In this document: positions 48,322 through 57,750 of the stretch, piece by piece | Layout of the letters: each line of letters begins with the position of its first letter | Position numbering within the stretch: position 1 is the first letter of the stretch | From: a virus | Length of the DNA stretch: 64,000 bases | IMG/VR virus record: IMGVR_UViG_3300008262_000047 | Reading direction: 5' to 3' (one strand) | Program-made: the position numbers and the translations under genes | Notes under the pieces: generated by a model | Told to the model about the DNA's origin: nothing | Databases searched by the model: none | The model's input: only the letters and a program-made list of their open reading frames with translations

Positions 48322-49672
48322 AACATATCTTCGTAAAGTTATTCCTTTTTTAAAGGATGAGTATTTCATAGATGCAACTGAAAAGAAGGTGTTTCAAACG
48401 ATTAATTCTTTTGTGGGGGAGTATAACGCTTCCCCCACAATTGAAGCCGTACACATCTCATTACAGAATGACAAAACAATTCGTGAAGATGAGTATGAGA
48501 GAATTGTAGAACTTGTCAATTCATTTCAAAGTGATGCTGAGAAGAATAAAGAATGGTTATTGAATGAGACCGAAACGTTTTGTAAGGACAAGGCGGTGTA
48601 TAACGCCATTGTTCAATCCATTCAAATCATTGATGGTAAGAATGATAAACTGACATCTGATGCCATTCCTGAAATTCTCAAGGATGCCTTAGCCATTAGT
48701 TTTGATAATAGTGTGGGACATGATTATCTTGATGATAGTGAAACTCGGTATGATTTCTATCATCGTGTGGAAGAAAAGATTCCTTTCGACTTGGATTTTT
48801 TCAACAAGATTACAAAGGGTGGATTGTCCAATAAGACATTGAACATTGCACTGGCAGGTACAGGCGTAGGTAAGAGTTTGTTCATGTGTCACGTTGCAGC
48901 AGGCGCCTTGAGTCAAGGGAAAAATGTTCTGTACATCACGATGGAAATGGCGGAAGAAAAGATTGCAGAACGTATTGACGCCAATTTGATGAATGTCACA
49001 ATGGATGATTTGAAGAATCTTCCGAAGCAAATGTTTGATGACAGAATTAGTCGTATCAAAAACAAGACGGAAGGAAAACTCATCATTAAAGAATATCCTA
49101 CAGCTTCAGCACATGCAGGACATTTTCGAGCATTGTTGAATGAGTTGAGTTTAAAGAAGGATTTCCGTCCGGATTTGATTTTCATTGATTACTTGAACAT
49201 TTGTGCTAGTAGTCGTTTCAAAATGTCTGGGAGCGTGAACAGTTACATTTACATCAAGGGTATTGCAGAAGAACTTCGTGGATTGGCTGTGGAATTCAAT
49301 GTACCTATCGTATCAGCAACTCAAACAACACGAACGGGATATTCCAATAGTGATGTGGAATTGACTGACACATCAGAATCATTTGGATTGCCGGCAACAG
49401 CCGACTTCATGTTCGCCTTGATTTCCACAGAAGATTTGCAGAAGTTGGATCAAATCATGATAAAACAATTGAAGAACAGATATGCCGATCCTAATCATCA
49501 TAAGCGATTTGTGATTGGCGTTGACCGCGCTAAAATGAAGTTGTTCGATTTGGACATGTCAGCACAAAAAATGGTTTTGAAAAATGACACACCCTCATCA
49601 AGTCAGGAGTCAAAGCCTAATTTTGTCACATCGAAAACGTTCTCACGAAACTTTGAAAGTATTAAAATATAA
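48278..49672 (+). CDS. gp41: replicative helicase gp41
   Basis: LAGTGVGKS, IKEYPT, IDYLNI, SATQTTR, SESFGLPATAD, KQLKNRY. Confidence 0.96.
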   Translation: MKLEQVILNNLLKDETYLRKVIPFLKDEYFIDATEKKVFQTINSFVGEYNASPTIEAVHISLQNDKTIREDEYERIVELVNSFQSDAEKNKEWLLNETETFCKDKAVYNAIVQSIQIIDGKNDKLTSDAIPEILKDALAISFDNSVGHDYLDDSETRYDFYHRVEEKIPFDLDFFNKITKGGLSNKTLNIALAGTGVGKSLFMCHVAAGALSQGKNVLYITMEMAEEKIAERIDANLMNVTMDDLKNLPKQMFDDRISRIKNKTEGKLIIKEYPTASAHAGHFRALLNELSLKKDFRPDLIFIDYLNICASSRFKMSGSVNSYIYIKGIAEELRGLAVEFNVPIVSATQTTRTGYSNSDVELTDTSESFGLPATADFMFALISTEDLQKLDQIMIKQLKNRYADPNHHKRFVIGVDRAKMKLFDLDMSAQKMVLKNDTPSSSQESKPNFVTSKTFSRNFESIKI

Positions 49673-49675
49673 ATA
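49668..49675 (+). promoter_or_regulatory. T4-type late promoter TATAAATA
   Basis: Exact consensus upstream of 49705. Confidence 0.7.
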
Positions 49676-49704
49676 GAGAGTGGTGTCTTAACCCAGGGGG
49701 AATT

Positions 49705-50388
49705 ATGTATCTGGCTAGTAAGCTACACAAAGAAATAAATACTCATTTTTCACCCGATGAGATTATTGGTAGTGAGCTGACGTATGCGCAGATAAGTAGA
49801 AGAATGAATAAAATTCTTCGCCCTCTGGGTGCCAAAGGAAAAGTGGTTCGAGATGACAATTTAAAGAGTAAGTCTAACTCCCGTCAATACTATTCCTTTT
49901 CGGGGTACTATGACACAGAGGCGACAGGTATTCCCATTGTGATTAATGTTCACTTTGCGTCGAATAGAAAAACCTTTTCGTTTACTCGGGCGCGGTACAA
50001 TGGATTCATGTTCATGTTGTCACAGATTATTCAACATGAATTCATCCATAAAAGTCAATATGAGTTTCGTCCAGAACACTCGGAACGTTTAGTGAAGGTG
50101 TATCACTCAGATAAGTTGTCGAAAAAGCGGTTAAAGCAAATAGAATATTTAAGTTCATGGTGTGAGATTGAGGCATATGCCCATGACATCGCCATGGAAA
50201 TTAATCAATATTATCCAACGTCGAATCCGTCAACCATTTTGAAGCATATTGATGGACATAGAAAATTGTATAGTTACAAGTTCTATAAAGATGCCTTCAA
50301 GGGAACAGACTGGGATAGACTGAAAAAATCATTAATGCGGAAAATCTGGCGTTGGCTCCCCTCAGCACAGGGGTTTCAAGCCGTGTAA
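49705..50388 (+). CDS. hypothetical protein with HExxH zincin-like motif
   Basis: IQHEFIH...EIEAYA. Confidence 0.65.
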   Translation: MYLASKLHKEINTHFSPDEIIGSELTYAQISRRMNKILRPLGAKGKVVRDDNLKSKSNSRQYYSFSGYYDTEATGIPIVINVHFASNRKTFSFTRARYNGFMFMLSQIIQHEFIHKSQYEFRPEHSERLVKVYHSDKLSKKRLKQIEYLSSWCEIEAYAHDIAMEINQYYPTSNPSTILKHIDGHRKLYSYKFYKDAFKGTDWDRLKKSLMRKIWRWLPSAQGFQAV

Positions 50389-50448
50389 GTTGTTGTAAAA
50401 TAAGCACTTAGCGGAGGGCTTGACAAATCCCCCAAATGGTGTTATATT
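50385..50448 (+). promoter_or_regulatory. early promoter with upstream quasi-palindromic element
   Basis: GTAAGT-TGTTGTAAAATAAGC-ACTTA, then GGGC-TTGACA(50420)-17 bp-TATATT. Confidence 0.8.
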
Positions 50449-50488
50449 TAAAGAGTAACACATTCAAAACTAAACCGAGGGTTCGACA

Positions 50489-50665
50489 ATGACGCAAAAT
50501 GTGCAGGACCCTGAGGATGAGGCGGTTACAGTAACCGGACGATTCTGGGCAGAAGTGGATTTAGATGAGCAAGAATATCTAGACCGGCTGGCCAGTTTCG
50601 GAGAAGGATACTATGACTTTTCCACATTATCAGGAGAAGGAAGTGGTGAAATGAGTTTAGCATAG
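50489..50665 (+). CDS. small acidic early protein (58 aa)
   Basis: MTQNVQDPEDEAV...GEMSLA*; SD gagg; directly downstream of a promoter. Confidence 0.55.
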   Translation: MTQNVQDPEDEAVTVTGRFWAEVDLDEQEYLDRLASFGEGYYDFSTLSGEGSGEMSLA

Positions 50666-50667
50666 GC

Positions 50668-50696
50668 TTGACAAACGGTACTACTTGTAGTATATT
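50668..50696 (+). promoter_or_regulatory. sigma70-type early promoter
   Basis: GGC-TTGACA-17 bp-TATATT. Confidence 0.7.
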
Positions 50697-50739
50697 TAAG
50701 TTGTAGGTGAAAACTCTAACTTTCTCAGGAGGCTACATT

Positions 50740-51063
50740 ATGCGTAATTCAGACAAGGTCAACTTCGTTGGTTTCTCTACTGGTGGCAAGGGCTGCAACG
50801 GCACGAAGGTTCGCTTCGCGGTCGAGAAGGTTCGTCGCAGTAAGGTGCTTCAGAAGATTGGCGCAACTAACATCATTTGGCATGCTCTTCCCGAGGCGAT
50901 GACGAAGGCGGATGCTGTCAACTATCTTCAGAATCAGACCACTTCGCTCAGCCTCGACCAGGTACAGCAGGAGGCGGTGGCGCGTGCCACCAATCGTCTG
51001 ATCCCTAAGACCAAGACGGCGCCTGCGCCTAAGGCGGCTTCGAAGGCGAAGCGTAGCAAGTAA
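50740..51063 (+). CDS. basic early protein
   Basis: SD aggagg; K/A-rich tail; GC-rich codon usage. Confidence 0.7.
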   Translation: MRNSDKVNFVGFSTGGKGCNGTKVRFAVEKVRRSKVLQKIGATNIIWHALPEAMTKADAVNYLQNQTTSLSLDQVQQEAVARATNRLIPKTKTAPAPKAASKAKRSK

Positions 51064-51177
51064 AGTATAAAAAGGTTTACGGTTATCCTAATTGAAAACC
51101 GTATTTCATTATATGATTGTTAGATGCACCGCCACAATCTAACAATTCTTGACTTGTGTGGCAATAGGAGATTTACC

Positions 51178-51420
51178 ATGACTCAGAATGAACGTCTTAT
51201 CCAGTATCTTTCAACCGGTCGTACCCTCACCGCAGCTCAGGCTCGTAGCCGTTTCGGCGTCCGTAACCTTCGTGCTCGCGTGAACGACCTTCGTAACGAT
51301 GGCTTCTGCGTGTACACCAATCGCAACAGCAACGGTGTCACCTATCGCATGGGAACCCCATCCCGCGCCATCGTCGCCGCAGCCTATAACAAGGCTGGCA
51401 GCGCTCTCTTTTCCCGCTAA
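51178..51420 (+). CDS. small winged-HTH DNA-binding protein
   Basis: L..G..LT..QARSRFGV.NLRA.V..LR..G..VY.N; SD aggag. Confidence 0.7.
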   Translation: MTQNERLIQYLSTGRTLTAAQARSRFGVRNLRARVNDLRNDGFCVYTNRNSNGVTYRMGTPSRAIVAAAYNKAGSALFSR

Positions 51421-51433
51421 GGAAAAGTAGAAC

Positions 51434-51766
51434 ATGGACACGGTGAAGAGCATTATGGGTAATTGGTATCACATTCCTACGGCAATGGCCTTTACATACA
51501 TGATGCTCTCACCGGCCAAGTTCTTTAAACAGGTGGACACTGTGGTTCTACAAGAACCCGATAAAGATGATGTTATTGACTGCCCCTCAGAAATTATTTG
51601 TCAAGGAGATTCTATGGAAGACATTCTGCGCGACGAACGGGTATTGAACAACATCAACATGATGATTTCTAACGCTACAAATCCTGATGTAAAACAACTT
51701 TGGGAAGTGAAGAAGGCGGAGTTTGAACGGGCACTACGTTGGAAGCGTCAGACCCGATATAACTAA
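51434..51766 (+). CDS. hypothetical protein
   Basis: ORF in operon context. Confidence 0.55.
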   Translation: MDTVKSIMGNWYHIPTAMAFTYMMLSPAKFFKQVDTVVLQEPDKDDVIDCPSEIICQGDSMEDILRDERVLNNINMMISNATNPDVKQLWEVKKAEFERALRWKRQTRYN

Positions 51767-51770
51767 AAAT

Positions 51771-52058
51771 ATGATTAAGAAAAATCTAGACTTCGTGAAG
51801 TCTGTCGGCGAAAGTATGGCGAATGAATATTCCATTAATTGGGAAAGTTGGACAGAAGAAGAAACGAAGCGAATTGAAAAAGAAGCAAACATTTCCATGA
51901 AGTTTTATGAAAAGCTGTTCAGAGAATTCAATATAGATAACGAAGAACATACCGTTGAAATGTTTGAAGATATACTTGAAAATCTTGTATCAGGATATGT
52001 TTTACTATCCATTATCAATAGAAAAAAGGCGGTAGATGAGCTATTGTCTAGTGTGTGA
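51771..52058 (+). CDS. hypothetical protein
   Basis: Acidic ORF in operon context. Confidence 0.55.
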   Translation: MIKKNLDFVKSVGESMANEYSINWESWTEEETKRIEKEANISMKFYEKLFREFNIDNEEHTVEMFEDILENLVSGYVLLSIINRKKAVDELLSSV

Positions 52059-52059
52059 G

Positions 52060-52067
52060 TATAAATA
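52060..52067 (+). promoter_or_regulatory. T4-type late promoter TATAAATA
   Basis: Exact consensus. Confidence 0.75.
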
Positions 52068-52101
52068 GTAGTGTCTTTATACTCAGAGATGGTTGAAACT
52101 T

Positions 52102-53886
52102 ATGGTTAGTAAACAAAATAAGCATTTAGAACACCTCGAAGATGATATCATCAACTTAGGTTATAAAGGCGCCCAACAATCCATAGCGTTTGTTGAGGCG
52201 CTTTTGCAGCTGTTTCAGGGAGCTGCCAATACAGGGGTTAACGTCACAGTGAAATGGGACGGAGCCCCTGCTGTTGTTGCGGGACGAGACCCAGAAACAG
52301 GCTTATTTTTCGTTGCTACAAAACACGGTGCCTTTGCCAAAACACCCAAACTCTGCTTCTCAGAAGCCATGGTGGACATGTATCATGAAGGGGGTTTGGC
52401 AGACACGTTGAAAACATGTTTCCGAGAACTACAACCCTTGAACATGAAAGATGTTCTACAAGGGGATGTCATGTTTACGCCCGCCACAAAAAAGATGCAG
52501 GTCATTGACGGTGAAGAATACATCACATTCAAGCCTAACACCATTGTGTATGCTATACCCACCCAGGATCCTTTGTCTGAAAAGATACGAAATAGCAATC
52601 TTGGAATTGTCTTTCATACTAAATATTTAGGTACGGGACCGGTAAATACTTTATCTGCCTCGTTTGGTGTTGACACAAGCCGGCTAAAATCTAGAACCGC
52701 CTGGATTGAGGATGCGACATACAAGGACTTGTCCGGAAAAATGACGCTGACGGCACAGGAAACTCGTACGGTTAGTACAAAATTAGCCTCCGCCAAAACC
52801 AACGCCATAGCAGTACGAAAATTTCTTGACGAACTCTCAACACAAAACACCGACCTCACGGTTGGTTACATGTTTAAGATATTCGTTAATCGTTTGGTTC
52901 GCGCCAACACCCCTATAACACGGAAAAGTCTTTCTGGGTTAGAACCTTTTGTTATCAGTAGAATTACTGAAAAAGAAGCAGGGGTGAAAACAAGTGCAGC
53001 AAAAATGCGTTATGCGGGATTACGTAAAGAGATTCAGGAATATTTACGGGTGAATAGTTCAAATCTTCGAACTATGTTTTCATTATACGAAGATTTATTG
53101 ATGATGAAAAATATTCTTGTTAAGAAGTTGAATGGAGCACAAGGCATTCCTACGTTTATTGAAACAGAGAAAGGATTTAAGGTGACAGATCCTGAAGGAT
53201 ATGTTGCCATTGATAAAAAAGGAAATGCTGTAAAGTTAGTGAATAGAATGGAGTTTTCAGCAGCAAATTTCAATGCAGTAAAAGATTGGACAGGACCTGC
53301 TCCTGTTGCTCCTGAATTGAATACGCCATTGAAAACTATGGTGTTTGCTTTTGGAAGAATGAATCCTCCAACTATAGGTCATGAAAAACTTATAAAGAAA
53401 GTATTGGAGACGGCACGAACAGAAAAAGGTGAGTATGTCATCGTGCTTTCAAAAACTCAGAAATCACCTAAGGATCCGTTGGACCCAGAAACAAAATTGA
53501 AGTTTGCGAAAAAGATGTTTCCTCGTGTCAATCTTGAATTGGCAACTCAACAAATGCCCACAATGTTTGGGTGGTTGAAAAAGTTTTACGAAGAACAATA
53601 TGATAAAGTTATCATGATAGGTGGGTCTGATAGAGTGCGGGAATATCAAGAACTCCTTAATAAGTATAATGGAAAAGCTGACCAATATACCTTTAAAGTT
53701 CTTGAAGTAATATCCGCCGGCGAACGTGACCCTGATGCTGATGGAGCATCAGGTATGTCGGCAAGTAAAATGCGTGAGTATGCTAAAAATGATGACTTTA
53801 AAAATTTCAAGCGAGGGCTTCCATCAACGTTACGTGAAGCCGAAGCAAAACAACTCATGGACGCCGTACAGGCAGGTATGGAATAA
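52102..53886 (+). CDS. fusion: ligase-like nucleotidyltransferase domain plus cytidylyltransferase-like domain
   Basis: N-terminal KWDG, QGD.MF, EGYV, KLV; C-terminal FGRMNPPTIGHEKL, GSDR, SAG.RDPDA.G..GMSASKMR. Confidence 0.75.
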   Translation: MVSKQNKHLEHLEDDIINLGYKGAQQSIAFVEALLQLFQGAANTGVNVTVKWDGAPAVVAGRDPETGLFFVATKHGAFAKTPKLCFSEAMVDMYHEGGLADTLKTCFRELQPLNMKDVLQGDVMFTPATKKMQVIDGEEYITFKPNTIVYAIPTQDPLSEKIRNSNLGIVFHTKYLGTGPVNTLSASFGVDTSRLKSRTAWIEDATYKDLSGKMTLTAQETRTVSTKLASAKTNAIAVRKFLDELSTQNTDLTVGYMFKIFVNRLVRANTPITRKSLSGLEPFVISRITEKEAGVKTSAAKMRYAGLRKEIQEYLRVNSSNLRTMFSLYEDLLMMKNILVKKLNGAQGIPTFIETEKGFKVTDPEGYVAIDKKGNAVKLVNRMEFSAANFNAVKDWTGPAPVAPELNTPLKTMVFAFGRMNPPTIGHEKLIKKVLETARTEKGEYVIVLSKTQKSPKDPLDPETKLKFAKKMFPRVNLELATQQMPTMFGWLKKFYEEQYDKVIMIGGSDRVREYQELLNKYNGKADQYTFKVLEVISAGERDPDADGASGMSASKMREYAKNDDFKNFKRGLPSTLREAEAKQLMDAVQAGME

Positions 53887-55280
53887 TGGCACAATATATT
53901 AAGCCGCAAGATGTACAAGATGGAGAACAACGCTATGAAGTTGTCATGCTTGCAGCAGGCAAGGATGGTAGTGTGGTTGAAGCCACGAATCCCTTACCTG
54001 TTACAGGCGGTTATGGCAATAACAATTCATTACTAGTATCTCTGGGCGGCACAAACCTCGATGCGTTTGGTCGCCTTCGTATCTCTGAACCACATACACT
54101 TGCTGATTATAGTCATACCTACGGAGAAGAAGTTGAACTCTTAACTGCATCAAGTGGATCAGGAACAAAAACTCTCCGAGCCAATGAAGCATCAGTTCGT
54201 TTAACTGTGGGCACAGGCGATGGTGATTTCGTAGTGCATCAAAGTAGAATGCATCATCACTACATGCCAGGAAAAAGTCAATTGGCATTGATGAGTTTCA
54301 TGTTCGGTAACGCCCGAGCCAATACAGTAAAGCGTGTGGGATTATTCGGAGAAGAAGATGGCGTATATTTTCAACAAGCTGGTAATGGCACTTTACAATT
54401 TGTGAAGCGCACAAGTATTAGCGGATCTGTGGTTGATGAAACACCCATCAATCAAGCAAACTGGAACGTAGATAAGTGTGACGGAACAGGCGCATCAGGA
54501 TTTGATTTAGAAATCACTGCTACTCAACTGTTTTTCTGTGATTATCAATGGCTAGGTGTGGGACGTTTGCGTGTAGGATTTGTGCATAACGGCGAGTTCA
54601 TTGTGGCTCATGAATTCACACATAGTAATACCTTATCTACTGTATATTGGAGAAATCCTAACCTTCCCATTCGTTGTGAAATTCGTAACATCGGTACAGC
54701 TGTTGGAACTGCCTTCATGGATCAAGTGTGTTCCACAGTGATGTCAGAAGGGGGATACATTGAATCGGGTGTGAATTTCAGTAATTATGCGGAAAACATT
54801 CTCCTATCAAAAGGATCTCCTGCCGCGGCAAAATGTTTAATGGCTATTCGCTTAACTGACACCTATCAATCCCTACCTAACAGAAGTGTTGTTCGCTTAA
54901 CAGATATGAATATATTGTCTGATGGTGCATCCATTGTGTTTGAATTATGGCGCCTCCCCGGAGATGCCAACATCACGGGCGGTAGTTGGGTGGCGGCTAA
55001 CAGCTCCTCTGTAGTAGAATACAACATCACGGCAGGCACTAGCTTCAATACTACAGGTGGTGAATTGTTTGCAAGTGGATTCGTTGCTGCCAACAATCCT
55101 TCAGGAAAACAAGCCTCTGGTGGCAATAGTATTGCCGATCCCATCAAGGCAAAACGTGCCTATATCAGTCAAAACATCACATCTACTGAAAGTAACATTT
55201 TTGCTTTAGTTGCCAGAAACTTAAGCACTACTGCTGATACCAATGCCTTTGCATCAATGCAATGGCGCGAAACTCGTTAA
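53886..55280 (+). CDS. virion structural protein (beta-rich)
   Basis: DAFGRLR, Y.PGK, WLGVG..R.GF motifs; late operon. Confidence 0.6.
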   Translation: MAQYIKPQDVQDGEQRYEVVMLAAGKDGSVVEATNPLPVTGGYGNNNSLLVSLGGTNLDAFGRLRISEPHTLADYSHTYGEEVELLTASSGSGTKTLRANEASVRLTVGTGDGDFVVHQSRMHHHYMPGKSQLALMSFMFGNARANTVKRVGLFGEEDGVYFQQAGNGTLQFVKRTSISGSVVDETPINQANWNVDKCDGTGASGFDLEITATQLFFCDYQWLGVGRLRVGFVHNGEFIVAHEFTHSNTLSTVYWRNPNLPIRCEIRNIGTAVGTAFMDQVCSTVMSEGGYIESGVNFSNYAENILLSKGSPAAAKCLMAIRLTDTYQSLPNRSVVRLTDMNILSDGASIVFELWRLPGDANITGGSWVAANSSSVVEYNITAGTSFNTTGGELFASGFVAANNPSGKQASGGNSIADPIKAKRAYISQNITSTESNIFALVARNLSTTADTNAFASMQWRETR

Positions 55281-55299
55281 CTCTAACCGGAACAAATAA

Positions 55300-55899
55300 A
55301 TGGATATTCAAAAGCTCAAGGGACATGTTCCCGATACTGTAATCGCACAAATTCCAGAAGTCATGGAAAAGTTTCAAATCAATACCCCACTTCGTTTATG
55401 CCACTTCTTGTCACAATGTGGACATGAATCAGGCAACTTCAAGGCAGTCAATGAAAATTTGAACTATGGCGCCAAGGGATTGTTGGGATTGTTCAAGAAG
55501 TATTTCCCAACCGAAGCCAAGGCATTGGAATACGAACGTAAGCCTGAAAAGATTGCCAATCTTATTTACGGCGGTCGTATGGGTAATGGTCCAGAAGCCT
55601 CAGGTGAAGGATACAAGTATCGTGGTCGTGGCTACATTCAATTGACAGGTAAGGATAACTATGGTGCCTTTGATAAGGTGGTACCAGAAAACATTCTTGA
55701 AACACCTGATTTGGTTGCCACCAAGTATCCCCTTCTTTCAGCCGCTTGGTTCTGGAACTCACGTGGATTGAATGCCTTGTCAGACAAGGGTGCCACAGAT
55801 GCCGATGTCACAGCCATCACAAAGAAAGTAAACGGTGGTACTATTGGCTTGGCAGATAGAATCAAGCACTTCAAAGAATTCTACGCTTTGTTGAAGTAA
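55300..55899 (+). CDS. GH19 (chitinase-like) endolysin
   Basis: HFL.Q..HESG, ENLNY, YRGRGYIQLTGK.NY, VNGG..GL..R. Confidence 0.88.
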   Translation: MDIQKLKGHVPDTVIAQIPEVMEKFQINTPLRLCHFLSQCGHESGNFKAVNENLNYGAKGLLGLFKKYFPTEAKALEYERKPEKIANLIYGGRMGNGPEASGEGYKYRGRGYIQLTGKDNYGAFDKVVPENILETPDLVATKYPLLSAAWFWNSRGLNALSDKGATDADVTAITKKVNGGTIGLADRIKHFKEFYALLK

Positions 55900-55925
55900 T
55901 AAATAATTAAAAAGAGGACCTTTCC

Positions 55926-56552
55926 ATGTTGACAAAGAATTTAAAATATATGATTGCAATATCCATATCATTATGGGTCATCTTTGTCTACATGGATGGT
56001 CGTAGTAAAGATAAAATGCAGGAGTATATTGATAACTACAAGATATTCCAAGCACAAGCAGATTCAGCAGTAAAGTTTGCTGATAGTTTGAAAACACAAA
56101 TCATCATTGAAGAAACTGAAGCAAAACTTGCACAAGACAAAGCCAGTGAATATGCCCAAGATGTACTAGAATTACGAAACACAACGTCTATATTACAAAG
56201 TAGACGAGCTGCTTTATTGAAAGAAACCGAAATGCCGCAGACTGTCACGGATTCTTTATCGCACATGACATCAATCATCTCGCTTCAAGATTCAATCATT
56301 GAACAACAAGAAAATACAATAGATACACAAGATGCACAAATTGGACAATTAAACAAAGCTCTACAAAATAAAGACAACGCAATATTCTTACTTACAACGT
56401 CCCGTGACAGTCTGCAAAAGGTTGTATTAAACATTCCCCCAGCACCGAAAAATCCCAACAAGATGTTTGGCATTCCTTTACCCAGTAGAAAGGTAATGGC
56501 CGTTACAGGATTTATAGCAGGTGCCATAACTACTTCGGTACTACTAAAATGA
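55926..56552 (+). CDS. membrane-anchored coiled-coil protein, spanin candidate
   Basis: N-terminal TM, long coiled coil, Pro-rich linker, C-terminal hydrophobic helix; follows the endolysin. Confidence 0.5.
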   Translation: MLTKNLKYMIAISISLWVIFVYMDGRSKDKMQEYIDNYKIFQAQADSAVKFADSLKTQIIIEETEAKLAQDKASEYAQDVLELRNTTSILQSRRAALLKETEMPQTVTDSLSHMTSIISLQDSIIEQQENTIDTQDAQIGQLNKALQNKDNAIFLLTTSRDSLQKVVLNIPPAPKNPNKMFGIPLPSRKVMAVTGFIAGAITTSVLLK

Positions 56553-56776
56553 AAAAAATGAAAAATCCCTGTTGGAAAGGATATCAATCAATTGGTACAA
56601 AAATGAAGAACGGCAAAGAAGTTCCTAACTGCGTTCCCATTAAAGAACAAGTCGAAGAAAAAATTTCGCTATTAACGTTTAAAGATTTCTTGGCATGGGT
56701 GAAAGACTCATACAAGAATAATCCTGAGCCTAAGATTGATGATGCACACAGAACTAATCCCATGGGTACCGCATGA
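56549..56776 (+). CDS. conserved hypothetical protein
   Basis: PCWKGY..IG.K.K.GK.VPNCVP motif. Confidence 0.7.
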   Translation: MKKMKNPCWKGYQSIGTKMKNGKEVPNCVPIKEQVEEKISLLTFKDFLAWVKDSYKNNPEPKIDDAHRTNPMGTA

Positions 56777-57390
56777 AAAATGAATGGGGCACTCCGGAGC
56801 TAACACGCAAGTGGCTCAAACAAACACCCGGTCAACATCCCAAGAAAACAAAAACCTTTAAGGAATTTGTTGAAATTGAGATGTGTGACACACTTGCCCC
56901 ATATATGGATAATGAAATTGATTTATCCGATCCCTCTGATGATGAATTGTTACAAGAGTTAGAAGTCATGTATGATGAGATGTCAGAAGAAGAATGGGAA
57001 GACCTACTTCAAGATTATGAAATGGATGAAGAAGTATTGATGGAAAAGGGGTTGACACCCATGGGCAGAATTAAAAAACGCTTCTCTGCCATACGTTCTC
57101 GTCATAAAAGAAATCTATATAAGAACATGGCATTGAATCGTTCCGCCTCACCGCAACGTATTCAACAACGTGCAAAGTTGGCAGCGCGTAGAATGATGTA
57201 TAAGAGAATTCTACGTAATCGTCCCAGAACATCATTGTCTCCTGCAGAAAAATCTCGTATTGAAACATTGATGAAGCGCGTACCATTTCAGGCATTCATT
57301 GCGCGTCAAACTATCCGCTTACGCCCTAACTTACGAAAGATAGAAATGAAGCGCATTGCTAACAGAAGAACACGAAAAAGAAAAAAATAA
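56773..57390 (+). CDS. prohead-core-like protein (acidic N-half, very basic C-half)
   Basis: Charge bipartition; KTFKEF motif. Confidence 0.6.
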   Translation: MKNEWGTPELTRKWLKQTPGQHPKKTKTFKEFVEIEMCDTLAPYMDNEIDLSDPSDDELLQELEVMYDEMSEEEWEDLLQDYEMDEEVLMEKGLTPMGRIKKRFSAIRSRHKRNLYKNMALNRSASPQRIQQRAKLAARRMMYKRILRNRPRTSLSPAEKSRIETLMKRVPFQAFIARQTIRLRPNLRKIEMKRIANRRTRKRKK

Positions 57391-57406
57391 ACTATAGGAA
57401 CAAGAC

Positions 57407-57712
57407 ATGCTATCATTCAGAGAATTCATCACAGAAGCCGCTCCTGCCTGGCAACGAAAAGAAGGTAAAAGTGCGTCAGGCGGATTAAATAGAAAAGGCA
57501 TTGCATCATATCGCCGTGAAAATCCCGGCAGTAAGTTGTCTATGGCTGTAACCACAAAACCCTCCAAATTGAAGGCGGGAAGTAAAGCAGCCAAACGGAG
57601 AAAGAGTTTCTGTGCCAGAATGGGCGGAATGAAGAAAAGATTAACTTCAGCCAAGACGGCCAGAGACCCAAATTCTCGTATCAACAAAGCACTTCGTAAA
57701 TGGAATTGCTAA
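57407..57712 (+). CDS. basic internal-protein-like conserved protein
   Basis: MLSFREFITE leader; AWQRKEGK..SGGLN.KG, RRKSFCARM.G, RKW.C. Confidence 0.75.
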   Translation: MLSFREFITEAAPAWQRKEGKSASGGLNRKGIASYRRENPGSKLSMAVTTKPSKLKAGSKAAKRRKSFCARMGGMKKRLTSAKTARDPNSRINKALRKWNC

Positions 57713-57716
57713 TTCA

Positions 57717-57724
57717 TATAAATA
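57717..57724 (+). promoter_or_regulatory. T4-type late promoter TATAAATA
   Basis: Exact consensus. Confidence 0.75.
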
Positions 57725-57750
57725 GTCATATAATTTTTTAGGAAGTGCAT

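Noticed and set aside
35004-50410. Repeated palindrome as a CRISPR repeat or MITE
   Set aside because: Three dispersed copies, no spacer array or target-site duplication; always tied to promoters
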